Assembly (NCBI GenBank): GCA_044229845.1 | Contig: JBGASG010000011.1 | Coordinates: forward strand, 64,001-128,000 | Length of the DNA stretch: 64,000 bases | Source of the DNA: Candidatus Obscuribacteraceae bacterium | GTDB taxonomy: Bacteria; Cyanobacteriota; Vampirovibrionia; Obscuribacterales; Obscuribacteraceae | Reading direction: 5' to 3' | Shown: one piece after another, positions 29,677 to 40,464 of the stretch | Numbering within the stretch: the first letter of the stretch is position 1 | Layout: each line of letters opens with the position of its first letter | Program-made: the position numbers and the translations under genes | Notes under the pieces: generated by a model | What the model saw: only the letters and a program-made list of their open reading frames with translations | Told to the model about the DNA's origin: nothing | The model's database searches: none

Positions 29677-31425
29677 CTAAGGAGAAAGTTGCCTGACAGA
29701 CTCACCAAGTTCGAGCAGCTTCGCTTCTCGGTTCTTCAACTTTTGATGGGGTAAAGCTGACTGTGAGCCCAGGCTGTACACATCCAGCTCGCCCCGCAGG
29801 CGCGCCTGCAAAGTATCCAGAATCCACACGCCCGTGCCAGGAATATACGACGTTGATCCCTGCGCAACTCGCTTAGCAAACAACTGGGCGGCCGTCTTCG
29901 GTCGCTTGACCGGCAAGCGGGATGATGACGCAGATGGGCCCGCAGCTGCTCGCGGCGCAGGCGGTGTCGGGGCAGGTTGCTTGAAACCATAGCCGGCATT
30001 GGTCAACTGGATGCCCCACGCCATCTTGGTGCCGCCAATCGATGCATTAAACAGGCAGCGTTCCAAAAACTCCTTATCCGCTTTTTTCTTTTCAGCGGCG
30101 TTCATCTGGGATTGTTGCTTGAATACCAGATCCGCAGTCTCATAAGCAGAAACACGGGCTGCCAATCGTTCGTCGTGGGCGGTAAGCATGCCCTTCAGCA
30201 CGCTTATGTGCTCACTCAATTGAACCGGTCCGATTTTGCCGCATTCGCGATCGAGCCGTGTTTTCGCACGTTTGGCGGCATAGTTACCGGCAATGCGGCC
30301 AATAATGGGACCCGTAACGATATTGGCACCAGATATGGTGAAGCCAATGCCGGCCGGTCCAGCCAGTCTTGGGTTACGATCTGCAACCGCTAACAAACCG
30401 CAAAGCGAACCCATATAGCCACCTGTAGTGGCGGCGGACAACTGGTTGAGATATGAGACGTTGCGTGCTCCCAGGCGGCGCTTAGCCCGTACATGAAACT
30501 GGATATACTCAGCCAAAGCCATGTTGCGAAAATCTTTCAGAACGACTCCTTCCGCCGCCAGCATCTGTCGCTCCGACTCAGGCAAAGAGCTCGTACGCGC
30601 GAGTAATTGCTCACGTTCGGCCAGTGTGCGGTCGATGGCTACACACAACTCCATCGCTCGTTTTTGGGTGGCTTTGGCGTCGAGCCCTCGTTTTCGCAGC
30701 TTACAGTCGTTGACGGCATCGAGTAAGGCTTCGATGAGAACGCCTCCGGTCATGATTGAATGACTAGTCAAAAGCAAAATTGGACCAGCCTTAAGTGCTC
30801 CTCGATTGGCTGTTGCAGGTCGTTGCCACGTGCGCCATCTTTCAGCTGCAATTGTGGTGATACCGGCTGTAGCGACTCCGGAGCCGGCCAGGTTGTACAC
30901 GAACACACGCCATGGCTTAATTCGACTCTTATCAGTCGTGGACATGCGGAAGCGGGTATTTAGTATCAACAGCTCCACTTCATCTTGCAAAGCTTGATTG
31001 GCCAAACTATCAATGCGTGCTGTCACTACTGGCAGGTCGCTTTCATCAGCAGACTTACTCTCCGCCCAGTTGTTCACAGCAATCAGTTTTTTGGGGGCAC
31101 CTTTCGCCATTGGCTCGGCCGTTGCCGTATCGTCTTGCGCCAACCCTGCTTCGTGTGCTGAATCGGTTGCGTATGCTGAATCGGTTGTCGCCGTTGCCTC
31201 GTCCGTCACCGCTCCGTCCGCAACATCGATGCTGGTCATTGTTCCGAAAACTTTCGCAGCGCTCCCTGATTCCGAATCTGAAGAAGCCGCAGTAGCACTT
31301 GCACCTGAACAGTGCAACTTCTGCGAAGGTAGCGCCGAAAAATCTTGCGCTCTAGCATAGTTGGTGCTGCCAGTAACCAGACAGCAGACACTCAGAGCAA
31401 CATGAAAGGCTGGGCGGATATTCAT
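29677..31425 (-). CDS. Hypothetical exported/membrane protein
   Basis: Long ORF, signal-peptide-like N-terminus, Ala/Thr/Ser-rich linker; no family recognised. Confidence 0.7.
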   Translation of the reverse strand: MNIRPAFHVALSVCCLVTGSTNYARAQDFSALPSQKLHCSGASATAASSDSESGSAAKVFGTMTSIDVADGAVTDEATATTDSAYATDSAHEAGLAQDDTATAEPMAKGAPKKLIAVNNWAESKSADESDLPVVTARIDSLANQALQDEVELLILNTRFRMSTTDKSRIKPWRVFVYNLAGSGVATAGITTIAAERWRTWQRPATANRGALKAGPILLLTSHSIMTGGVLIEALLDAVNDCKLRKRGLDAKATQKRAMELCVAIDRTLAEREQLLARTSSLPESERQMLAAEGVVLKDFRNMALAEYIQFHVRAKRRLGARNVSYLNQLSAATTGGYMGSLCGLLAVADRNPRLAGPAGIGFTISGANIVTGPIIGRIAGNYAAKRAKTRLDRECGKIGPVQLSEHISVLKGMLTAHDERLAARVSAYETADLVFKQQSQMNAAEKKKADKEFLERCLFNASIGGTKMAWGIQLTNAGYGFKQPAPTPPAPRAAAGPSASSSRLPVKRPKTAAQLFAKRVAQGSTSYIPGTGVWILDTLQARLRGELDVYSLGSQSALPHQKLKNREAKLLELGESVRQLSP

Positions 31426-31655
31426 GACAGGGTCTCGGTGGAGATGCAGCAATGGTTAGAGTGGCACAAACAAAGGCCTTATGGCACACCCTGTAGAACG
31501 AACTGACATCGTCCCGAGGATGCAAATAAACAGATCGAAAGTGCCGAAGTAATACCTCCGGCACTTTCGATCTGGTACAAAGCTGAATTTTGCGCGATGG
31601 GTAAAGCGATACCTGTTTCTGCTTTTACGATAGTCATCGAATGCAAAACAGCGCA

Positions 31656-31671
31656 TCATCCTTTCGGATGA
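31656..31671. promoter_or_regulatory. Palindromic operator candidate TCATCC-TTTC-GGATGA
   Basis: Perfect match with palindromic A/T flanks, intergenic. Confidence 0.6.
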
Positions 31672-31706
31672 TTCCCTCTAATATAGTCGAGAAGCGCTCA
31701 ATCTAA

Positions 31707-32327
31707 TCACTGCTCGGACGTGCCGCTGTGACTCTGGTCACCTTTGATCTTGCTCTTGCGATAACTCAAGCCCATGCCTTTCAAGAGATGCACGAAGCCG
31801 TAGTCAAGCAATACAATGGCAAGAAATGCCAGACCAACGTGCGGCGCATATTTTTGCAAGTTCTGAAGAAACAATGACCAGGGGTCGCCGTGATGCGGAT
31901 TCAAAGCGTCAGTCCCCTGCGCAAACTCCTTGCCATCAGCAATACCGTCCTCGTCCAAATCACTTTGACCAAGTGCGTCCGCCAGCTTCGCCGGGTCGCT
32001 GCGCATTTCGAGAAACTTCTTCCGTCCAACTACTTTGAGTATCTCGTTGCCGAACTTATTGAGAATCGGGCTGTCAACCTCCGTGCCCGGCTCCATAGCC
32101 TTGCGGGCGGCAAGAAGCTTCTTCATCTGCTCAGGTGTTAGGCCGCCCACTTGTCCGGACTCTGTTCCCACCGGTCCATTACCGTGGGTGTGGCACATTG
32201 CGCAATTAACATTGCGTCCGGACTGCTTCTCAGCATAGCTCTGGAATTCCGGATATGCCACCGCCCCCGGTGCCAGGCAGAACAGGCACGTGATCGTCAA
32301 CAGTGTCAGAGACACATTCGTAGCCAC
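31707..32327 (-). CDS. Membrane-anchored monoheme cytochrome c
   Basis: Signal peptide, CAMCH, DLDEDGIADGKE acidic loop, C-terminal TM. Confidence 0.8.
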   Translation of the reverse strand: MATNVSLTLLTITCLFCLAPGAVAYPEFQSYAEKQSGRNVNCAMCHTHGNGPVGTESGQVGGLTPEQMKKLLAARKAMEPGTEVDSPILNKFGNEILKVVGRKKFLEMRSDPAKLADALGQSDLDEDGIADGKEFAQGTDALNPHHGDPWSLFLQNLQKYAPHVGLAFLAIVLLDYGFVHLLKGMGLSYRKSKIKGDQSHSGTSEQ

Positions 32328-32331
32328 TTGA

Positions 32332-33432
32332 TTATCCCCCTTTCACAAGGTGATAGATCTGCTCGCCCCAAATGGTCATTACAACCAAATAGACTGTCGC
32401 GGCCCAAGTCAATAATTGCAGCGTTCGCCGGCTGGTGCCCTTGAATATCCAGGGAGCCAGAAGCAGAACTGCCACCACCAGACCCGAGCCGACCAGAATT
32501 ACCCAGAACGGCAGCATCTCCAGTGGGTAATAGACAAAATAGAAATACCATTCCGGCTTGATGCCGGGCGGGGTTGAGCCAAGCGCGTTGTACGGTTCCA
32601 GAAGCGGGAAGGGCAAAAGGGAATCGAATGGAATGCAGAGACCCAACACAAAGAGGACGAAGAAGATCATGCTCCACAGCGTAAGATCTTTGAAAAAGAA
32701 AATGGGGAAGAACCGCTCAGATTTCTGCAAAGGTCTATCCACTCCCTGACTCATCCCGTGCAGCTGCACTTGCATCAAATGAATACCCAGCAAAGCAAAC
32801 GTCGCCAGAGGCAATAGAACCACGTGCAATGCGTAAAACCTGCCCAGGGTGGATTGGCCGACGGCAGACTCGCCCTGAAATGTTTCCCTCAGTATGCGAG
32901 GCAACTCGGCCAGTGCCCCAGGCAAATAGGGACCTACTTCTTCGACTGATTGAAGTCCGACCTTAGTGGCATTGACCGCAATCTGATTCCAGGGCAGTAG
33001 ATATCCCGTGAAGGCAAAGCCGAATGTCAGAAATAGAAGCAACACACCCATGATCCATGTGATCTCGCGTGGCTTCTCGAAGGCTTTCATGGCAAATGCA
33101 GTGAGCAGGTGCACCACAGCAAAGAAGACCATGCATGATGCAGACCAGGCATGCATGTTGCGAATTAGTGCACCGGCACTTACGTGATTTGTAATGAACT
33201 CTACAGACAAGTGCGCATCGCTTACCGTGGGCTGGTAATAGAAAAGAAGAAACAGTCCGGTGACGCATTGAATCAGGAAGAAGAACAGGGTCAGCCCCCC
33301 CGTGTAGTAGCCCCAACTCATTTTGTGAACCGGCACTTCCTTCTTCTCGACCATCGAGTGGAAATTCATTTTCTCCACAGGGAATCTGTCGCCGATGAAT
33401 TGCACTAATTGCGTCATCACGGTGGCTTTCAC
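32332..33432 (-). CDS. Cytochrome b subunit of a Rieske/cytochrome b complex
   Basis: RNMHAW...VHL, FTGYLLPW, LHV...IHL, PEWY Qo motif; GTG overlaps the narI-Rieske stop, GGAGG RBS. Confidence 0.92.
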   Translation of the reverse strand: MKATVMTQLVQFIGDRFPVEKMNFHSMVEKKEVPVHKMSWGYYTGGLTLFFFLIQCVTGLFLLFYYQPTVSDAHLSVEFITNHVSAGALIRNMHAWSASCMVFFAVVHLLTAFAMKAFEKPREITWIMGVLLLFLTFGFAFTGYLLPWNQIAVNATKVGLQSVEEVGPYLPGALAELPRILRETFQGESAVGQSTLGRFYALHVVLLPLATFALLGIHLMQVQLHGMSQGVDRPLQKSERFFPIFFFKDLTLWSMIFFVLFVLGLCIPFDSLLPFPLLEPYNALGSTPPGIKPEWYFYFVYYPLEMLPFWVILVGSGLVVAVLLLAPWIFKGTSRRTLQLLTWAATVYLVVMTIWGEQIYHLVKGG

Positions 33433-34748
33433 GAGACTGCCTCCGCATGCGCTTTTGCAATGTACACGTTGGCCTCGGACAGAGCGCTTGCATCCCGTTG
33501 TCCGGTTATTTTGCCGGCGCGATTGCGTTCCATCAGCACCGTCCCTTTTGTATCCATGAGTACCCACCCCAACAAGGGCAGAGGTAGTTTTGCCGGCGCT
33601 CCTTCGTTTGGTTTGCCAGTTTCAATGTCGAAAAACGAAACGTGGCACGGGCAGAGAATCTGTCCCTTGGCATTAACATCATTGCCTACGGTGCATCCCA
33701 AATGCGTGCACTTCGCGGAAAGCAAGATGGGCAAACCGTCTTTGTCCTTGAATGCCATTGCCGGTCGCATACTGTAATCGGTGAAATACTTTCCTTTTGT
33801 GCCGTTCAATTCCGACAACTTAGCAATCAGTATGTAATTGGATTGCTGCCGCTCCAGTTCTAGCTTGCGTTGCTCGGCGGTTGCCTGGAGCCTCTTCAAT
33901 CGCAACTCCATCATCTCGGCTTCTTCCTCTTTGGAGAGGCGAGGGCCAAAGAAGAACCTCCAGGTCTTATCCAGGGCTCCCACTGCCAGCAACGCGCCAC
34001 CGGCAGCGATACCGATGCCGGCGCGCAAAAAGTGTCGTCTGGACTCCTCCTCGACATAGTGCTCGCGAGCAGCCTCGGCTCGACGTTCATTCGTCCAGAC
34101 CACCTTTTGCGGCGGACGGAACAGATACTCTATTGGCACAGCGAACATGTGTATGAGCCGGGAAAATGGAATCGTCAAAATTATCAGCCAGGCTCCGACT
34201 ATGTGAGCCCGAACCAGTATTGGCATGTCTTGTATTACGCTGATGTTGGGGTTGAAGGTGAACAGGCTCCAGATATATGGTGTCATGCTGCCGGGCGCCC
34301 AGGCGGCACCCCATCTGTAATGCAGCGCCATACCCAGCCCGGTAGCCACTTGCGCAAGCAAGAGAAACAGCACCACAAAGTCCATTGTGGTAGAAACGGC
34401 TTGCAGGCGCGAACTCATTATTCGTCGAACGATAAGCACCAGTAGCCCAACGATGCACCCGACTGCCAGCGCGATGCCGGATATCTCGACTGCGTGCAGG
34501 ATGGGTTGCACGGACATAGCCGCCTTCCAGGGACCGGGTGCAACAAGCACCACGATATGGACGAGCAAAATCAGGATGATGCCGATATGCCAGGGCACCG
34601 ACCCCCACACCAGTGCTTTGCTCTCCAGAAACTGCGAGGACAAGGCGGTGTAAGTCAGACCTTGCTTGCGAATGCGGTAGATCGATCCAAATATGCAGGC
34701 CGTCAGCGCTATATAGGGCAGAACGACAAACAACAGGATGTCCAACAT
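33429..34748 (-). CDS. narI: Nitrate reductase gamma subunit fused to a Rieske 2Fe-2S protein
   Basis: NarI part (SSQFLE, WH..VH, AH..PFSRLIH), then SRRHFL + TM + CTHLGC/CPCH in one uninterrupted ORF. Confidence 0.9.
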   Translation of the reverse strand: MLDILLFVVLPYIALTACIFGSIYRIRKQGLTYTALSSQFLESKALVWGSVPWHIGIILILLVHIVVLVAPGPWKAAMSVQPILHAVEISGIALAVGCIVGLLVLIVRRIMSSRLQAVSTTMDFVVLFLLLAQVATGLGMALHYRWGAAWAPGSMTPYIWSLFTFNPNISVIQDMPILVRAHIVGAWLIILTIPFSRLIHMFAVPIEYLFRPPQKVVWTNERRAEAAREHYVEEESRRHFLRAGIGIAAGGALLAVGALDKTWRFFFGPRLSKEEEAEMMELRLKRLQATAEQRKLELERQQSNYILIAKLSELNGTKGKYFTDYSMRPAMAFKDKDGLPILLSAKCTHLGCTVGNDVNAKGQILCPCHVSFFDIETGKPNEGAPAKLPLPLLGWVLMDTKGTVLMERNRAGKITGQRDASALSEANVYIAKAHAEAVS

Positions 34749-34758
34749 AACAAACTCC

Positions 34759-35292
34759 TCAGCTACCGGCACTCATAACTTCCAAAAGACTGGCAAAGAG
34801 CTTGCCATACGGGTTGTTGGTTGCATTTTTCAGATTGTCTGCCATTTCGGCCACTGGTTTTTGCAGACAGAACTCAACCAGCTCGTCGACTTCTTCAGTC
34901 GTGGCATATGTCATGTATCGCAACATCACAGCCAGATGGTCCGGCATTTCATTGCCGCGGTCGAAGCCGGTTTCATCGTATCTTTGGATCAGCCCGGCCA
35001 TTAAGTTGCCGCGCTCGTAGTTTTCATCACCATAAATGTGTGCGCTTATGTATGGGCTGCAAATTGGTGCCATATCGAAGGTGCGGGTGAATACCTCTTC
35101 GAGCTCGCTGAGAGGCATTGCATCGATGCGCTCGCAGAACTCAGCCAGATAGCGCCCCGCTCTGGAATAGTCCGCACTTATGGAAACTTGCCTCTGGCGG
35201 GCCAGTTGCGAGTAACCTTCATTCGGATACTCGAGCAAGGCTGCGTATTCAGAAAGGGCCGGCGCTTTAGGTTTTTTCAACGGAATGATCAT
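34759..35292 (-). CDS. narJ: Nitrate reductase molybdenum cofactor assembly chaperone
   Basis: LLEYP, FTRTFD, ERG, EMPDHL, NPY; position between narH and narI. Confidence 0.88.
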   Translation of the reverse strand: MIIPLKKPKAPALSEYAALLEYPNEGYSQLARQRQVSISADYSRAGRYLAEFCERIDAMPLSELEEVFTRTFDMAPICSPYISAHIYGDENYERGNLMAGLIQRYDETGFDRGNEMPDHLAVMLRYMTYATTEEVDELVEFCLQKPVAEMADNLKNATNNPYGKLFASLLEVMSAGS

Positions 35293-35293
35293 A

Positions 35294-36817
35294 TTATGGA
35301 CCTCTCTCCGGTGGCTGGTTGAATCCAAGCCCGCATGAGCCTTTACATAACTCGGGACTGCACGAAGGTTGCCCGGCCATCGCTTGACCGGTCATCGCTT
35401 CTTCTCGCTGAATTGGCGCCAGTACAAAGCGATCGTAAATCGTTGGTAGAGCAGTAAGCGAATAAATCTCCTCAGCTTCTGAAGGAGTGACATTACCTTC
35501 GCGCATGAACTTGCTCATGGATACGAGATCAAGATCTCCTATCTCCTGCGTCCGTTTGTAATAACGCACCGCCATCAGTTTCTTCATTACGTATTCGATG
35601 TGCTCTACATTGCCGGCGCTAAAGAGTTTCGCCAGGTATTTGATCGGCAATCGCGACTTTTCCAGGCTGCTGAAAAACTGATCGACCGGATTCTCGTAAT
35701 GCCCGTTGTCGAATTTACCCATCACAGGCAAAAGTGGTGGCACATAGAAAAGCATCGGCATGGTCCGATACTCTACGTGTAAAGGCAGTGCAAGTTTCCA
35801 TTCCTTGACGTACTTATATATAGGCGACTTTTGAGCGGCATCGATAAATTCGTCGCTGATCCCGTTTTTGCGAGCCTCCTGCATGATCTTGGGATCGAAG
35901 GGGTCGCAGATGACACTGCGCTGCGCCTCGACGAGGGCATGATCCGGTACGCTCATGGCTTCAGCCACACGCTCCGCGTCATACAGCAGAACCCCCAGAT
36001 AACGGATGCGGCCCACACATGACTGGAAGCAGTTGGGAATCTGTCCTGTCTCCAGCTTTGGATAGCAAAGAATGCACTTCTCCGATTTGCCCGTTTTCCA
36101 GTTGTAATAAATTTTCTTATACGGGCAAGCGGAGATGCACGCTCTCCAGCCCTTGCACATGTCCTGATTGATCAGGACAATTCCGTCTTCGCCGCGCTTA
36201 TAAAGAGCCCCAGACGGGCAGGATGCGACACAGCTGGGATTTGCGCAATGATTGCAAATGCGGGGCAAATACATAAATGAGATACGCTCTACCTCGAAGA
36301 GTTGCTCGCGCTCTTCGTCACTGAGACCTTCGAGATTGATATCGTTTTCGGCGTAGACAGGGGAGCCAGAAAGATCATCATCCCAGTTCGGACCAGCTTC
36401 GATGTCCATTGGCTCACCGGTGATTTGCGACACGGCAATTGCTGTGGGCTGATCATCACCTTCTGGTGCATCGAACAAGTCCTGGTATTTGTACGTCCAG
36501 GGCTCATAATAATCCTCGAGCCCCGGTTGGTTCGGGTTGTAGAACAGTTTGAGAAACGCATCCAGCTTGCCTTGTGAGCGCAGCTCAAGGCTTCGCTTGC
36601 CGTTCTTGCCGTTGACTTTCCAGCCGCCTTTGTAGTGCTCCTGATCTTCCCACAAAGTGGGATAGCCGGTGCCGGGTTTGGTTTCGACATTGTTCCACCA
36701 CATATACTCAGCGCCCGGTCTATCCGTCCAGACGTTTTTGCAAGCCACGCTGCACGTATGGCAGCCGATACATTTGTCGAGGTGAAACACCATTGAGACT
36801 TGTGCGCGAATATCCAT
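35294..36817 (-). CDS. narH: Nitrate reductase beta subunit
   Basis: DKCIGCHTCSVACK, PRICNHC, CKGWRAC, KCILCYP. Confidence 0.96.
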   Translation of the reverse strand: MDIRAQVSMVFHLDKCIGCHTCSVACKNVWTDRPGAEYMWWNNVETKPGTGYPTLWEDQEHYKGGWKVNGKNGKRSLELRSQGKLDAFLKLFYNPNQPGLEDYYEPWTYKYQDLFDAPEGDDQPTAIAVSQITGEPMDIEAGPNWDDDLSGSPVYAENDINLEGLSDEEREQLFEVERISFMYLPRICNHCANPSCVASCPSGALYKRGEDGIVLINQDMCKGWRACISACPYKKIYYNWKTGKSEKCILCYPKLETGQIPNCFQSCVGRIRYLGVLLYDAERVAEAMSVPDHALVEAQRSVICDPFDPKIMQEARKNGISDEFIDAAQKSPIYKYVKEWKLALPLHVEYRTMPMLFYVPPLLPVMGKFDNGHYENPVDQFFSSLEKSRLPIKYLAKLFSAGNVEHIEYVMKKLMAVRYYKRTQEIGDLDLVSMSKFMREGNVTPSEAEEIYSLTALPTIYDRFVLAPIQREEAMTGQAMAGQPSCSPELCKGSCGLGFNQPPERGP

Positions 36818-36825
36818 ATCGACTC

Positions 36826-39800
36826 CTAGAAGTTCGGCTTGTCGAGTTTTTTCACAACGACGAAAGTGTCACGATTTACGCCAGTAGGTCCCCAGTAGTT
36901 GAACCCATAGCTGAATTGCGCATAGCCGCCGATCATGAATAGCGGCTTCAGTCGTGCCCGCGTAAGACTGTTGTGTCCGCCGGCTCGCCTGTTTTTTCGT
37001 TCCGGAGATTTCGGTACTGTCAACGTGCGCTCGGGCGAGTGATAAATGAAAGCGGTGCCGCGCGGGATACGAGCACTGACGATAGCGCGGGTGCAGACCA
37101 CGCCATGATCGTTGAAAATTTCTACCCAGTCGTTATCTTCGACACCAACGAGATCGGCATCCTTGTCGTTCAACCAGACCGGATAAATTCCTCTGCTCAG
37201 AGTTTTCATCCGTAAGGTGTCGCCGAAGGTTGAGTGAATATGCCACTTGCCGTGTGGTGTCAGGTAATTGAGCACCAACGAGCCACCTTTCACCTCAGTT
37301 TTCTGCAGGTCACGCGTGACACTCAAGTCGGCACGTGGTTTGTATGTCGGCAGATGCTCGCCGTAAGCGATGTAGACTTCATGATCCAGATACAGATGCT
37401 GCCGGCCGGTAAGCGTGCGCCAGGGAATCAATTCTTCGACGTTCTGGCAATAAGCGGAGTAGGTTCTGTTTTCAGTCGTTATGCCAGTCCAGTAGGGTGA
37501 TGTCAGCACACGACGCGGCTGCGCCCTCAAATCAGCGAATGTATAGCGGGTAGCGCGCGTGTCTCTGGCCAGATGGCTATGATCGATACCTGTCTTATGA
37601 CTTTCAGATTCATATGCGCGAAAAGCAAGTTCGCCGTTTGTCTCCGCTGCGAAGTTCAAAATCACCTCGCAAACATTGAGACCTTCCTTTAGTGACGGAT
37701 AGCTTTTGCCTGACCATGTTTGCGACGGTTGAGTCTCGATGTATTTGTCATACTCATCTTCGATATCATAGTGAGTTCCGTGTACCGCCAATCCATTGTT
37801 GCGGGCGACCGGCCCGAATGAGATGAACTTGTTATAGAGATTGACGTAATCGCGCTCCACTACTTTCATATTGGGCATGGTCTTGCCCGGAATTGCTTCG
37901 CATTCACCCTTGAGCCAGTCTTTCACAGTCGGTTGCGCGATCTCGCCGGGAGTGTCATGAAGCAAAGGCGACACCACCAGGTCTTTGACCGGTTCGTTCA
38001 AATAGCGTTTTGCCAACTCAGAGGTAGATTTCGCAATTCCTTTGAATATATCCCAATCAGTCTTGCTTTCCCAACATGGTGGCACCGCCGGTTGCAGAGG
38101 ATGAATAAAGGAATGCATGTCCGTGGTGTTCAGGTCATGCTTTTCATAGTGGGTAGCTGCAGGCAAGACCAGGTCTGAATAGAGAGCAGATGAATCCATG
38201 CGGAAGTTAAGGTCTACCACCAGATCCATCTTGCCCAACTCGATCTTGTCGTGCCAGGTAATCTCTTTGACCTCATCACCGGCCACTTCCTCGGCTATGG
38301 TGTTATTGTGCGTTCCCAAGTAATGTTTGAGAAAATACTCGTGTCCCTTTGCTGATGAGAGCAGCGCATTTCCCCGCCATATGTACCAGACGCGGGGCCA
38401 CGACTCCGGCACGTCAGGATCTTCCATGGAGAATTTCAATGAGCGATCTTTTAAAGACTTAACTGCATACTCAATGATTTGCGAGTCGGTTTTTGCTCCA
38501 CTGGCTACTGCTTCTTCGACCACTTTGAGATTGCTTCGGTTGAATTGTGGAAAGCACGGCAGCCAGCCATTTCGTACAGCCAACACTTGTTTGTCAGCTG
38601 TATGTCCTGAACTCATTGGATGCTTGTCGTCCGCTACCGCGCACATCTCATTAAATGAATTGTCATAGCGCCACTGATCCGAATGTATGTAATGGAAAGA
38701 CGGCGTATTTTGCAGACGCGGCGGCCCGTACCAATCTGTGCCGAAAGCAATGGGTGCCCACGAGGCCTGTGGCACCAGCTTTTCTTGTCCAACGTAGTGG
38801 TTTAAGCCGCCACCACTTACCCCGACACTGCCGGTGAGGATGAGCGCATTGATTGCCGCTCTGTAAATGAGGTTGTTGTGATACCAGTGGTTGGCACCGG
38901 CACCAATAATTATCGAGCACTTGCCTTTACTCGCTTCTGCGGTGCGCCCCCACTCGCGAGCGAAGTTGATCACATTTACTGCTTTGATGCCAGTAAACTT
39001 CTCCTGCCACGCGGGGGTATAAGGAAGCTCTTCGTCTTCGTAAGTCTCCGGATATGCGCCTCCCATGCCGCGGTCAACACCATATTGAGCAAGCAGAAGC
39101 TCCATGACGGTCGTCACAAGCACTTCCCCGGTGGCGGTTGTGACGCGGCGAACTGCCACACCACGATTGAAAAGTTTGTCGGCAGTGCCTTCCGAGAAGT
39201 CGTTTAACTTCACACTCACCACGCCATCATGACGCCCGACGAGGGTGAGGAGTGGATCTACCTTGGCGTTGGTCAAAGCATTCTCCAACTTCAGATTCCA
39301 TTCGCCTTTTTTGGATTGCCAGCGATGCCCAATCGTTCCTCTGAGCATTGCCGGCTGATCGGTGAGCGCGTCCCAAACGAACATTTTCCACTCGGCGTTC
39401 TCTTCCTTCGCTGTGCTTTCGACATCACTGGCCCTCAGCAAACGCCCGGCGCTGTATGTGCCATCGGCATTTTTGTCGAGACAGACAAGAAACGGAGCAT
39501 CGCTGTATTGCTTGGCATAATTGACGAAGTAAGGCACCTGCCGATCGAGGTAAAACTCTTTAAGCAGAACATGCGTAACTGCCATCCAGAAAGCGCCGTC
39601 CTGTCCCTGATTGATTGGAACCCACTCGTCAGCAATTTTCGAAGCCATCGAGAAGTCTGGCGAGAAGACCACAACCTTGGCGCCACGGTGCCGTCCTTCA
39701 ACTAAGAAGTGCGCGTCGGGTGTTCTTGTCATGAGCACGTTGGAGCCTACAACGGCAACAAATTTGGAGTGAAACCAATCCGCACTTTCGCCGACATCAG

Positions 39801-40458
39801 TTTGCTCACCCCAGATCTCAGGCGACGCCGGCGGCAAGTCGCAGTACCAGTCATAAAAAGACATACTGACGCCACCTAGCAGTTGCAGGAAGCGTGAGCC
39901 TGCTGCGTAGCTCACCATCGACATGGCTGGAATCGGAGAAAAGCCGATAATGCGATCTGAACCGTGTCTCTTGATTGTCGAGATGTTGGCTGCTGCCATC
40001 ATCTCATTAGCTTCGTCCCAGGCGACACGGCGGAAGCCGCCTTTGCCTCGCGCGCTCTGGTATCGTTTGCGCTTGTCAGGGTTCTGGACTATCGACTCCC
40101 ATGCCGCAACCGGATCATTGGGAAACTGAGCTTTGGCTTCGCGCCAGAGATCGATCAAGGCGCCCCGAGCGTAAGGGTACTTCACTCTCAGCGGGCTGTA
40201 GAGGTACCAGCTGCAGGAGATACCGCGCTGGCAGCCTCTGGGCTCGTGGGGAGGAATGTCTTTACTGATACTGGGATAATCCAGCGCTTGCAGTTCCCAT
40301 GTAACAATGCCACTTTTCACATAGACGTTCCAACTGCACGAGCCGGTGCAATTGACACCATGAGTGGAGCGTACGATGTTGTCGTATTGCCAGCGATTTC
40401 TATAGAAGTCTTCCCATTGCCGCTGTTTCGGTGCAAAAATGTCTTTGATCCAAGCCAT
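36826..40458 (-). CDS. narG: Nitrate reductase alpha subunit (no Tat signal)
   Basis: [48 protein letters not shown]. Confidence 0.96.
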   Translation of the reverse strand: MAWIKDIFAPKQRQWEDFYRNRWQYDNIVRSTHGVNCTGSCSWNVYVKSGIVTWELQALDYPSISKDIPPHEPRGCQRGISCSWYLYSPLRVKYPYARGALIDLWREAKAQFPNDPVAAWESIVQNPDKRKRYQSARGKGGFRRVAWDEANEMMAAANISTIKRHGSDRIIGFSPIPAMSMVSYAAGSRFLQLLGGVSMSFYDWYCDLPPASPEIWGEQTDVGESADWFHSKFVAVVGSNVLMTRTPDAHFLVEGRHRGAKVVVFSPDFSMASKIADEWVPINQGQDGAFWMAVTHVLLKEFYLDRQVPYFVNYAKQYSDAPFLVCLDKNADGTYSAGRLLRASDVESTAKEENAEWKMFVWDALTDQPAMLRGTIGHRWQSKKGEWNLKLENALTNAKVDPLLTLVGRHDGVVSVKLNDFSEGTADKLFNRGVAVRRVTTATGEVLVTTVMELLLAQYGVDRGMGGAYPETYEDEELPYTPAWQEKFTGIKAVNVINFAREWGRTAEASKGKCSIIIGAGANHWYHNNLIYRAAINALILTGSVGVSGGGLNHYVGQEKLVPQASWAPIAFGTDWYGPPRLQNTPSFHYIHSDQWRYDNSFNEMCAVADDKHPMSSGHTADKQVLAVRNGWLPCFPQFNRSNLKVVEEAVASGAKTDSQIIEYAVKSLKDRSLKFSMEDPDVPESWPRVWYIWRGNALLSSAKGHEYFLKHYLGTHNNTIAEEVAGDEVKEITWHDKIELGKMDLVVDLNFRMDSSALYSDLVLPAATHYEKHDLNTTDMHSFIHPLQPAVPPCWESKTDWDIFKGIAKSTSELAKRYLNEPVKDLVVSPLLHDTPGEIAQPTVKDWLKGECEAIPGKTMPNMKVVERDYVNLYNKFISFGPVARNNGLAVHGTHYDIEDEYDKYIETQPSQTWSGKSYPSLKEGLNVCEVILNFAAETNGELAFRAYESESHKTGIDHSHLARDTRATRYTFADLRAQPRRVLTSPYWTGITTENRTYSAYCQNVEELIPWRTLTGRQHLYLDHEVYIAYGEHLPTYKPRADLSVTRDLQKTEVKGGSLVLNYLTPHGKWHIHSTFGDTLRMKTLSRGIYPVWLNDKDADLVGVEDNDWVEIFNDHGVVCTRAIVSARIPRGTAFIYHSPERTLTVPKSPERKNRRAGGHNSLTRARLKPLFMIGGYAQFSYGFNYWGPTGVNRDTFVVVKKLDKPNF

Positions 40459-40464
40459 GGTGCC

